A stretch of 55,810 bases of DNA, taken from positions 1 to 55,810 of the forward strand of contig JBLIRO010000032.1 in the NCBI GenBank assembly GCA_049472335.1, read 5' to 3'. The DNA is from a bacterium. GTDB lineage: Bacteria; SZUA-182; DTGQ01; JAFGSM01. Positions 9,588 through 18,588 of the stretch are shown here, one piece after another; the stretch's first letter is position 1, and every line of letters starts with the position of its first letter. A program made the translations under genes and the position numbers. The notes under the pieces are model-generated. The model searched no databases and was not told where the DNA came from. It saw only the letters and a program-made list of their open reading frames with translations.

Positions 9588-10271
9588 TCAAAAACGAACC
9601 TTGTATTTAAGAATAACGCCTCCTGAGGGTTTAGGTTCCAAACTCATTTTATGAGATTCTGATTTTACCCAATCCGGCGCCCATTCCTGTGTTTTTAAAA
9701 AACGATATCCCTGAAAAATTGCGAGCGCTGAAGCGGAAAAGGCAAAAGCATGTGCCGTGCCTTCATTTGAATAATGCTCGATACCCTCCAGGTCACCCTG
9801 ATAACCAAAATTATCTTCTTTGTTTGTAACATGTAAAAACCAGTAATCCAGGGAATACATTATCGGATTAAGGATATTCCAAGTCATAAAACCCTGCACG
9901 AAGGGGGAGTTTTTGTTGATCCCATCCCTGCGAAGCACAATCTCTGATCCAATGGCCTGAGATAACAAGCCTGCAGAATTAAGTGTAAATCCTTTTAGAT
10001 CGCTATCAGCATATTCAGTGAATCCAATCGGCTGATTATAAGTGCCCGCCTCCCAACGTATCTTTGTGTTTGTTATTTCAGCGACAAAGGCATGGGATAG
10101 CTCATGAACGCTGAATGCCACAACGATTCCGGAACAAAATTTAAGAACAGAAGTGTAATTAATGCCATCTTGTTCAGCATGAGCATAAGGGATATGAAAA
10201 ATCAAAATGATTAATATTAAAAAATAAAAAAAATATTTGAATTTTTTTTGAAAAATGAATAAATCTTTCAT
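9588..10271 (-). CDS. Exported/membrane hypothetical protein with HExxH motif
   Basis: Signal peptide ending AHA; VHELSH; C-terminal beta-strand-like LKYKVRF. Confidence 0.75.
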   Translation of the reverse strand: MKDLFIFQKKFKYFFYFLILIILIFHIPYAHAEQDGINYTSVLKFCSGIVVAFSVHELSHAFVAEITNTKIRWEAGTYNQPIGFTEYADSDLKGFTLNSAGLLSQAIGSEIVLRRDGINKNSPFVQGFMTWNILNPIMYSLDYWFLHVTNKEDNFGYQGDLEGIEHYSNEGTAHAFAFSASALAIFQGYRFLKTQEWAPDWVKSESHKMSLEPKPSGGVILKYKVRF

Positions 10272-10602
10272 AACCTATTACTTAATAACTTAATCGCATC
10301 CTTGATAATAAAAAATTTATCTTACTTTCTTTTTGACAATTATGGAAGGTCTTTATGAATTTATCGGCTATATAAAAAAAAGAGGACGTCTCTTTTTTTT
10401 CATTTCTATTGTTAGTTTCTTTATACCATAACAGTTTTTTTCTAACAATGAAGTCAGGGCCTTTATTTTAAAGATAATTGATAAATTCTTCAGACCTTTT
10501 GTTAGTTGTTCAATAACAGAATTATCTTTAAAAATTTAAGGGAAAAATCTACCCAAAACCCTGAAACCATTGTCTGGCTTGACATTATGTATTTTTGTCG
10601 TT

Positions 10603-10618
10603 TTGGCATTTTCCTTGC
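10603..10618 (+). promoter_or_regulatory. Sigma54 promoter
   Basis: TTGGCATTTTCCTTGC, GG-N10-GC consensus. Confidence 0.6.
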
Positions 10619-10759
10619 CCTACTTATAAAACAGAAGGCCTAAAATACAAAATAAGATCTGATAAGAAACATAGATTTTTTAATTTTAATTATTATCAAA
10701 AAATGAGATTAGCTAAAGGCTATTAGAGGATATTATATAATAGAAAGAGGGTGGTTTTA

Positions 10760-10942
10760 ATGTTGAGCGATTTTTTTCAGGATTGGCTTATTAATAAATT
10801 GAATGGATATTTTCTCGTCCTGTATTCAAATGATCATTTTATATTGGCCTGGATAACCGAGTGTATGAACAGCATTGTGGTTTATATTCTTGTTTCGGCC
10901 CGTCTTATACCGCCGCGGCGCAGATTGTCCCAAAGATTTTGA
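10760..10942 (+). CDS. Possible small protein
   Basis: AGAGGG RBS-like sequence and an upstream sigma54 box; no recognisable family. Confidence 0.3.
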   Translation: MLSDFFQDWLINKLNGYFLVLYSNDHFILAWITECMNSIVVYILVSARLIPPRRRLSQRF

Positions 10943-10948
10943 AGACCA

Positions 10949-11437
10949 TTATTCATTGCTCTTCACATAGCTTCGCATGCAAACAAGAAGGCCTGTAAAA
11001 AACCTTTTTGATTTCTCAGGATCGAAAGACATATCATTTCTTCCTGACAATTCATGTAATTTCATTTGCTTTCGCGCGTGATCGATTAACCGCAGGATTT
11101 TGTCCGGAATCGCTTCAATTTCTTCCTTAGATAGCTGGAAGCTCTCTGGGTTAGTGAGCGCGGAATATAAAAGCAGGGCCCTGTTCTCTAATTCATTTAT
11201 ATTCAAACCAGACAAAGGTTTCTTTAATTCCCTGATAAACTTTTTATGATTGATGCCTTTAATGAGTAAGTCATTGGACCTTTTCTTTACCTGCATGCTT
11301 ATTGCGCTCAGATTATGGTGTTCTATTAATCTGTTTATAAAATTTTCCTGCTCTTTGGCGGACAATGTGCATAGAATTCTGAACTGAAACATTGTCCCTA
11401 AATCTTTTACCTCATTATCTTCATATACTTTATTCAT
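10949..11437 (-). CDS. Hypothetical protein
   Basis: 162-aa ORF, GGAG RBS, sigma54 promoter upstream. Confidence 0.7.
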   Translation of the reverse strand: MNKVYEDNEVKDLGTMFQFRILCTLSAKEQENFINRLIEHHNLSAISMQVKKRSNDLLIKGINHKKFIRELKKPLSGLNINELENRALLLYSALTNPESFQLSKEEIEAIPDKILRLIDHARKQMKLHELSGRNDMSFDPEKSKRFFTGLLVCMRSYVKSNE

Positions 11438-11675
11438 AGTTATTGATACTCCGGAATTAAAACTAATTATGGATAAAAAAATGTCTCAATTTTATCCGCA
11501 ACTTCTGTATTTTTGTGTTTTGGAAAAGATATTCCATAGGATTCAAAATTGGCCTCCTCGTAAGGTGTTTTTATTCCTGATAGAAATTTAATGATATTTT
11601 TATGAATTCATCAATTTTTGTAATCATAAGGTGAATTTGTAATAAAACTTTTATTTTTTTTCCGGTTCTTATATA

Positions 11676-11693
11676 AGCAAATAATGTGCCAAA
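11676..11693 (-). promoter_or_regulatory. Sigma54 promoter
   Basis: TTTGGCACATTATTTGCT, a match to TGGCAC-N5-TTGC. Confidence 0.75.
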
Positions 11694-11707
11694 TACTGGT
11701 TTGGGTT

Positions 11708-12739
11708 TTATTTGGTTTTGTGTGTTTGATATAAAAAGTAATATGCATTCTCTTTTATATTGTGGGGATTGAAGAGAAAAAAGGGAAGATCGCGTTCCTT
11801 TGAATTTTCTAACAAAAATGTACCGCTTATGATTGAATAAGGGGGTGGGATTTTGTCGAAGAATCTCTCTATGATCCTGTCTTGTATCCATTCATAATTT
11901 CCGCCTCCAATACCATGAATGAATAAATCCAATACATAAATCCTCAGAAAGATTGTCAGAGTAACAGCCCTGGGAAATATTTTAGCTGTTTCAAGATTGG
12001 ATTTTTCTATTTCCTTTTTGAAACAGCGTAATCTTTGCCCTTCATGGACGATCCAGAATGGAAGTTCACCCTCTTCCAGCTTTGGAAATGGATAATTTTT
12101 GTAACGAAATCTGAATGTCTTCCTGAATTCATCAATGGCTTTATTGTATATATCTCTGAAGGGGTCGCTATCTTTGTATATTTTTCGAAAAAAATCCCTA
12201 TATTCTTTTCCCTTGATTAAATCGGATAGAAAATAATATTCTCTCTTTATATTGTAGAATTCCAGGAAGCTTTCAGCCAGGATTTCTTTGAGAAGCCTTT
12301 TTTTTCTGTTTTTTAAAAAGATGTCCCTATAGGTAAGAAAAGGAGAAATAATATTTTTATGGTCATAAGTAAATGAATTATTAAGCAAAAAATAATAGTT
12401 ATTAAAAAAATTATTTAGCTGAGTATCGTTTATATTATTAAAATCAGATAAAATAAGCTCACTATCAATAAATTTGATTGTTTCGGCAGGATCTTCGGAT
12501 GAAGGGACTTTTGCTGCTATATTAACCTTATCCGTATCTAAAAAGATTATTTTTTTGTCTGCCCTCGGTAGTAATTCCAGGAAAATGAACTTCAGGCTTA
12601 TTCCCGGGTTGAAAAAATATGGCTGGTGGCAGACACCGATCTTTGTTTCCTCTGTTATGCCGGTTATAAAACCCTCGGGATCAGGCAGAAAAAGAATTGC
12701 CCCATTTCCTGCGGGGGGTTTGAGTAATTTTCTCTTCAT
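11708..12739 (-). CDS. BshC-like (short) hypothetical protein
   Basis: HQPYFFNPG..LK, FLDTD, PRAVTLTIFLR and FIHGIGGGNY parallel the BshC motif order; ATGA overlap with bshB1. Confidence 0.6.
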   Translation of the reverse strand: MKRKLLKPPAGNGAILFLPDPEGFITGITEETKIGVCHQPYFFNPGISLKFIFLELLPRADKKIIFLDTDKVNIAAKVPSSEDPAETIKFIDSELILSDFNNINDTQLNNFFNNYYFLLNNSFTYDHKNIISPFLTYRDIFLKNRKKRLLKEILAESFLEFYNIKREYYFLSDLIKGKEYRDFFRKIYKDSDPFRDIYNKAIDEFRKTFRFRYKNYPFPKLEEGELPFWIVHEGQRLRCFKKEIEKSNLETAKIFPRAVTLTIFLRIYVLDLFIHGIGGGNYEWIQDRIIERFFDKIPPPYSIISGTFLLENSKERDLPFFLFNPHNIKENAYYFLYQTHKTK

Positions 12740-13422
12740 AAAACATCTGCTAAATCAGAAATCTTTATTGGTTCTTTTGAGAAGATTGCCTCGGCATATT
12801 CCGCTCTAATAAACATGCCCAGATTTCGATTCTGTGTTTTGATATAATCGAAAACGAATCTGTTTTTCGGATTTTCCATAAACTGGGAACGATAACACTG
12901 AACGGCCTTCATCTTTTCTTCGAACTGTGTTGAAATATCCATAAGAAAGGTAAATTGGGGTATAATCCTTAAATGGGAACAAAAATAATAAAACAGACAG
13001 GGTGGATAAAAAGGCTCCCCCTCTAATTCCACCTTTTGGAATTTCGCATAGAATCTCGATGCCTCTGTAATTTTCGTGGCAGCGGTATGGTCCGGATGAG
13101 AGTCTTCCGGATATGGGCAAAACAATATATCCGGTCTGTACATCCTTATCTTTTCAGACAGCAGAAGGCGGGACTCTTTGGAATCGAAAAGGTATCTATT
13201 GTCAAGGCCGAGATTTGTCCGCTCATCTATTTTTAAAACTTTACTGGCCTCTTCGGTTTCTTTTTTTCTTTTTTCTTCGGTCCCGAAAGGAGTCGGCTCT
13301 CCGGATGTCAAATCTACGATAAAGACCTTATGTCCCATTTGTTTCGCATTGATAATAGTGCCACCCATACCTAATTCAGCGTCATCGGGATGAGGGCTCA
13401 CTACCATAAACCTTTTTTCCAT
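12736..13422 (-). CDS. bshB1: PIG-L family N-acetylglucosaminyl deacetylase, BshB1-like
   Basis: PHPDDAELGMGG, DLTSGE, HPDH, YRSQF and YAEA motifs. Confidence 0.8.
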   Translation of the reverse strand: MEKRFMVVSPHPDDAELGMGGTIINAKQMGHKVFIVDLTSGEPTPFGTEEKRKKETEEASKVLKIDERTNLGLDNRYLFDSKESRLLLSEKIRMYRPDILFCPYPEDSHPDHTAATKITEASRFYAKFQKVELEGEPFYPPCLFYYFCSHLRIIPQFTFLMDISTQFEEKMKAVQCYRSQFMENPKNRFVFDYIKTQNRNLGMFIRAEYAEAIFSKEPIKISDLADVL

Positions 13423-14161
13423 TTTTATCCTTCCTGGATTTCAAGAAAAGAATAAACTCCATATCTTTCTTCTTATCTGATAATATATCCAAATAATAGA
13501 GTAATCTTTTACGAGGGTCATCCAAACCATCTAGAAATTTTTTCAGGTGATTATTATATACTATCTTTATTGGTATTTCCTTAAAAGGTGTTTTTGTCCT
13601 TATTATTTCTAAGACAATTTCCAGGCCCAGTCCATAGCTTTTATGACTCAGATTCATTTTTTTTAAGAAGTTTTCCCTATACCCTCTGAATCCACAGAAT
13701 GGGTCCGTGCAATGTATAGAGAATAATTGCCCTATCAATCCTGATATATATTTGTTTATTGTCAGTCTTGCGCCAGGAACATTTAAAAAAAAGATGTCTG
13801 TCCCTAAATAACGAGAGCCTAATACAACCTCGTGTTCATCGAGTTCACTTAAAAATACGGGAATATTCTCTGGATTGTGCTGGAGATCCACATCGATGGT
13901 TATGATCTTTTTGTAGCCTCTTTCGAGAGAAAATCCGAATCCTGAGAGCAGGGCTGCTCCATAGCCACGCCTTTCAGGATGATTTATCAAGAATGTCTCT
14001 TTGCTTTTTATTTGAAGCAGAAAATCCTTACATTTGTCTGTAGACCCATCGTCAATAAAAATCACATCATTGATGTAGAAGTTTCTTAAATTATGATAAA
14101 ATTCCTTAATCGAGTCCTGCTCATTATACACAGGACATATCACGAGGTTTTCTTTTTTCAT
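13382..14161 (-). CDS. Glycosyltransferase family 2 (DPM1-like)
   Basis: PVYNE, DDGSTD, GYGAAL, DVDLQH, GSRY and TDPFCGFR motifs. Confidence 0.9.
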   Translation of the reverse strand: MKKENLVICPVYNEQDSIKEFYHNLRNFYINDVIFIDDGSTDKCKDFLLQIKSKETFLINHPERRGYGAALLSGFGFSLERGYKKIITIDVDLQHNPENIPVFLSELDEHEVVLGSRYLGTDIFFLNVPGARLTINKYISGLIGQLFSIHCTDPFCGFRGYRENFLKKMNLSHKSYGLGLEIVLEIIRTKTPFKEIPIKIVYNNHLKKFLDGLDDPRKRLLYYLDILSDKKKDMEFILFLKSRKDKNGKKVYGSEPSSR

Positions 14162-14361
14162 ATATTTTAATAAAATATAAGGACCATTGTTGATTAAAGT
14201 TTTTGGGGATATGCCCCGATATTTTCAATAGTGAAAAAAAAAGAAATAGAAAATATATGAAAACTGTTTTTGTATCTGCTGATTTTAACAAATAAGCATC
14301 ATTTGTCAAAACGCGGGTAATGATAAACAGATCATATCTCAGCAAGAAAAGAGGTTTTAAA

Positions 14362-14526
14362 ATGAGTATGAAAAAGATTATAGGGGTCCTTGTGGGGGCG
14401 GCAGTGGGATTTGGGCTGGGTTATTTAAGCAGGTGTATAGGGGCAAGAGGCTGAAGTATTACAGCCAGTCCCTGGTCAGGGATGATAATAGGCGCTCTTA
14501 TTGGCTATCTGTTGATCCCGGAGTAA
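14362..14526 (+). CDS. Candidate small membrane selenoprotein (DUF6132-like), Sec at codon 31
   Basis: GAGG RBS; MSMKKIIGVLVGAAVGFGLGYLSRCIGARG-U(TGA 14452-14454)-SITASPWSGMIIGALIGYLLIPE-TAA; two Gly-rich TM helices; SECIS-like hairpin downstream of the TGA. Confidence 0.75.
14468..14483 (+). promoter_or_regulatory. Putative bacterial SECIS element
   Basis: g-tccct-GGTC-aggga-t stem-loop; the G-led apical loop starts 20 nt after the UGA. Confidence 0.65.
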
Positions 14527-14595
14527 AAAGCTTAAAAGATGGTAAGTTTAAGTCTTTTCAGAGATAATTGAGTCGGGTCTTTAATATTATGGATA

Positions 14596-15954
14596 ATGAG
14601 TGATAATAATATAAAAAAAGACCTCACAGAGGGCAGTATTGTAAAAAATATCTGGATACTTGCGCTCCCAATGGTTATAGAGATGGTAATGCAAAGCACC
14701 TTCAATGTAATTGATCTGTTTTGGGTGGGCAAGCTGGGGCCGGAGGCAATTGCCTCTGTTTCATTGTCCGGGGTCATTCTGATGGTTTATTTTTCAATCA
14801 TCATAGGTATCGCGACTTCAAGTTCAGCGCTTGTGGCGAGAAGGATAGGGGCCAAGGATAAAGAAGGAGCGAATTTCATCATTTTTCAAGCCATCTTCCT
14901 CGGGCTCATAGTATCCATTTTTTTCGGTTACATAGGTTTTGATAACGCCCGATTCTTTATCACAAGATTAGGCGCAACAGACATTGTTATTCAGGAGGGC
15001 ACACTTTATCTTCAGGTCATGTTTGCCGGATCCATTGCCATCGTCCTGCTTTTTATCATCAATGGCATCTTCAGGGGCGTGGGGGATGCCATGGAGGCCA
15101 TGTATGTTTTACTCTTTTCCAATATTTTAAATATAATTATAGATCCTCTGTTAATCTTTGGTATCGGCCCTTTTCCTGAACTCGGGGTGAAAGGAGCCGC
15201 CGTTGCCACCATATTGGCCCGATCATGCGGCATTATTTTCCAGATATATATTCTGATAAACGGTACAGGCAGGATAAAGCTCTCCTTTAAAAATTTAGGC
15301 ATTGATTTTGGTATCATATGGCAGATCATAACAATAGGTATCCCCGCGTCAGGGCAGCTTCTTTTAAGAATGATCGGGATGGTGGTCATTATGCGAATCG
15401 TGGCCTTGTTCGGCACCTTTGCCATTGCCGCATATGGTATTGCAATGAGGATATTTCAAATCATTCTTTTCCCTGGATTTGGTCTGGGAAATGCGTCTGC
15501 CACACTCGTAGGTCAAAATCTCGGGGCAGGGAATCCAAAACGGGCTGAACATAGCGCCTGGATAACCGGATTGATAACTATGTTTCTTCTCGGAGGCTGC
15601 TCTATCCTTTTTTTTGCCTCTGCCCGGACACTTATAAGGATATTTAACGATAATACTATGGTCATTTCATTCGGGGTGACTTGTATAAGGATCATATCCA
15701 TCTCATATCTTTTTAATGGTCTTGGTGTCGTGTTATCCAGGTCCTTTATGGGTGCCGGGGATACACTCTCTCCTTTTGTCATCAATGGACTCACCTTATG
15801 GCTCTTGCAGCTTCCTTTGGCCTTCGTGCTGGCTAAACCCCTTGATCTTGGCGTAAACGGGATATGGCTGGCGATCACCATATCCAATATAATGAATGTT
15901 TTGATCAGCGCTGCATGGTTCAAGGTCGGAAGATGGAAATATAAGTTTATTTAG
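14596..15954 (+). CDS. MATE family efflux transporter
   Basis: DLTEGSI..., D..WVGKLG, NIIIDPLLIFG and VGQNLGAG motifs; about 12 TMs. Confidence 0.93.
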   Translation: MSDNNIKKDLTEGSIVKNIWILALPMVIEMVMQSTFNVIDLFWVGKLGPEAIASVSLSGVILMVYFSIIIGIATSSSALVARRIGAKDKEGANFIIFQAIFLGLIVSIFFGYIGFDNARFFITRLGATDIVIQEGTLYLQVMFAGSIAIVLLFIINGIFRGVGDAMEAMYVLLFSNILNIIIDPLLIFGIGPFPELGVKGAAVATILARSCGIIFQIYILINGTGRIKLSFKNLGIDFGIIWQIITIGIPASGQLLLRMIGMVVIMRIVALFGTFAIAAYGIAMRIFQIILFPGFGLGNASATLVGQNLGAGNPKRAEHSAWITGLITMFLLGGCSILFFASARTLIRIFNDNTMVISFGVTCIRIISISYLFNGLGVVLSRSFMGAGDTLSPFVINGLTLWLLQLPLAFVLAKPLDLGVNGIWLAITISNIMNVLISAAWFKVGRWKYKFI

Positions 15955-15962
15955 ATATTTTT

Positions 15963-18308
15963 TTAAAAGGCTTTGGTGGCCCAGTATATAATCCCTGAGA
16001 AATCGGTTACTCCAATCTGGAAAAAATAATCCTCCCCGGCAAAATCTCCTCCGAACATGGAGCGGTATCCAGCGGTAATGCGTATAAAATCTACCAAGCC
16101 AAATTGAAATGTAGCGCCAAAGTTGGTTTGCCTTGAATCCGGTTCTTGATCGTAGGTGTAATTAATGTTCATGCCCAAACCAAAAGAGCTAAGGATCTTG
16201 TTGCGTTGTTTGTATGTATAGAGGAGATCCGCTTGTGTGAATTCGAAGATATCTCCGGTTTTGGTGCGATCTATAGCCAACGGCATCAATTTGAGATTAA
16301 GCCCTGATTTGGGGGTAAAGAGCAATTGTGGTTCCCAAGAAACAGCCCATTCCTTATGCGCGCTTCTGACATCGACACCGATTTCATACGGGAGCAATCT
16401 GAACCAGTTATTTTTAGCTGAAGAACGATTTAGAGTAAAGGATTTTTCATCACTCAAAAATCGTTCAATCCCATGTGACGCAAACCCGAACAAACATGGA
16501 TAAGCGGGTTCGCCCTCTTTCTTTGCTTCTTTTTCAAGCTTCAGTAGACGTGAAGAAGCCCTGGCAGCGAACGGGTAATACCAGAATAGACTTTTTTCAT
16601 CTTTTACCCGCATAATATTTCGTATAGCCTCATCAGCTCTACTTTTTTCAAAGGATGGATTGGATGCCACATCGTTTAAAAATTTTTTAAAATCGGGCTC
16701 CTTACATAATGAATCCTGATTGCAATCCTTTAGGATAAGCTCAGTGATGACTCGCAAATTGCCGTTGACCAGATTTGGGTCAATATCCCTGCCTGTCAAC
16801 CATGTCCATGCATCCGATTCGCCATATTCCTTTTGTGCCATTTGTGACAATACCCAGATCAATTCAGTATTGTCACTATTTTTATGATTATCGGTGCCCT
16901 TTTCCGGGATGATTAATTCATTGAATATTTTTTGCGCATTTTCGCCAATACACGCATCCCTGGTATTTATTTGTTCTCCCATTAGTACGCAGTCATACTC
17001 GGCGATTCCATGGATGGCATCATACACTCCGGCATAATAGTCATAGTCCCTGAATGTCCGGTCCAGGAACGCGCCGAAATGGCCGAGATAGCTTCCCGTT
17101 AATGAAGGATAACGTGTTGTCAGGAGTAAACGCCGTCTTTCGGGATCATTCCAATTGACACTTCTCAAAACATTATAAAGTTCGTAATCCTGGCCGGTTG
17201 AAATGGCTCCGGCCAGGAAGCTTAATTGATTAGCGAGACCATAAGAGCGTTCTTCCTTTATTTTATCAGTGTCTTCTGTTTTAGGAGGCCGGCGGTTGTC
17301 AGGCGCCATGTAAATATAATTATATGGCGGCAAATGATCAGGGCCTTGGGTATAAGATTCCTCCGCGAGGGCTTTGGCCACTCCAAGTGGAACGTTGTCG
17401 AAGACACCGCCATCAACAAAATCAGCAGATTCAGGCGCGCATCTATCAGGACAAACCCCTGTGTTAAGGTCGGTATTCTCTATACAATTGCAGTAGTTTA
17501 AACTTATTCTGCCAAAGGCTACAGGAAACGCGCTTGTGGCGAGTGCGGCATCGATAAGAGATTTCGGAGAGATCTGATTTCCTTCAGTCTGCAGATATAT
17601 AACATTGCCGAACAGAGGGCTTGAATTGTCGACAATATGGTTAAGGATCTTGATTTTGCCGGGGTGTTCCTTGTCGGATACCAATTTAAGAGGGATTACA
17701 AATCGTTCATTTTTGACCTTGATACCTTCCACTTCCAAAATAAGCGGATGTGTTCGAGTGACTATCAATGCAAATGGAATGTCACAGTCTTCCCGGTATA
17801 TATCCTCTTTTAACAACTCTTTCAAGTTGTCAGTGACTTTCATGAACTCAGCGCGTGACAATAAGGCATCATTTTTTTTATAAGCATCATCATTACGAGG
17901 CAGCAATTCTTCAAGTCCTATGTTACACCAGGCAGAATAAAAGATATTATCACGCGCGGTGTCATGAAAGTTTTTATTGTTTTGAATTTTGTCCTCATCA
18001 ACACACCAGCTAATGGCTGTAAGCAGCGTATTGATTCCGCCGGCGGATGCGCCTGATATGGAGACCAGATGCGGATAAGGCTGATTGTTTTCGATGGCAT
18101 GAATGCGGCGTTTTTTCATCATCTTTACTATTGCCCAGTTCAATCCCGCTTCATATGAACCCAGACTGATCCCCCCGCTGATTGCAAAACTGAAGGGTTG
18201 TTTTTGCGGCAAATCAGCAAACGCGTGGAATTGGAATACAAAATAACTAATAAGCAAGACAAATAAAAAGATACATTTTTTGTTGGCCGTTTTAATTTGG
18301 AGATTCAT
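15963..18308 (-). CDS. Secreted patatin-like phospholipase with C-terminal beta-rich domain
   Basis: Signal peptide; SGGISLGSYEAG, GASAG and DGG motifs; amphipathic strands in the C-terminal part; ends in Phe. Confidence 0.85.
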   Translation of the reverse strand: MNLQIKTANKKCIFLFVLLISYFVFQFHAFADLPQKQPFSFAISGGISLGSYEAGLNWAIVKMMKKRRIHAIENNQPYPHLVSISGASAGGINTLLTAISWCVDEDKIQNNKNFHDTARDNIFYSAWCNIGLEELLPRNDDAYKKNDALLSRAEFMKVTDNLKELLKEDIYREDCDIPFALIVTRTHPLILEVEGIKVKNERFVIPLKLVSDKEHPGKIKILNHIVDNSSPLFGNVIYLQTEGNQISPKSLIDAALATSAFPVAFGRISLNYCNCIENTDLNTGVCPDRCAPESADFVDGGVFDNVPLGVAKALAEESYTQGPDHLPPYNYIYMAPDNRRPPKTEDTDKIKEERSYGLANQLSFLAGAISTGQDYELYNVLRSVNWNDPERRRLLLTTRYPSLTGSYLGHFGAFLDRTFRDYDYYAGVYDAIHGIAEYDCVLMGEQINTRDACIGENAQKIFNELIIPEKGTDNHKNSDNTELIWVLSQMAQKEYGESDAWTWLTGRDIDPNLVNGNLRVITELILKDCNQDSLCKEPDFKKFLNDVASNPSFEKSRADEAIRNIMRVKDEKSLFWYYPFAARASSRLLKLEKEAKKEGEPAYPCLFGFASHGIERFLSDEKSFTLNRSSAKNNWFRLLPYEIGVDVRSAHKEWAVSWEPQLLFTPKSGLNLKLMPLAIDRTKTGDIFEFTQADLLYTYKQRNKILSSFGLGMNINYTYDQEPDSRQTNFGATFQFGLVDFIRITAGYRSMFGGDFAGEDYFFQIGVTDFSGIIYWATKAF

Positions 18309-18588
18309 TTGTGTGTCCTTTTTTTATTTTATGTCCCTTTGATTATTGTCTGTGTTCCCTTATCTTTGTCTTATATTAATCTTTATTGGATCCTCCTTGT
18401 TCTTTTATCTTTATTCTTAACTGCAGGATACAGATAGCTGTCATATTAAAGCAATATCTGGCTTATTATGATAGATTGAACAAATAAAGGCAAATAGATT
18501 TTGGATGCAGATCCGGGTTCGTGTCTGAGGTCTAAATTCCCTGAGACCGAATGGGCCTCAGGGAATCTTTTTTGTGCTCTATATTTTT

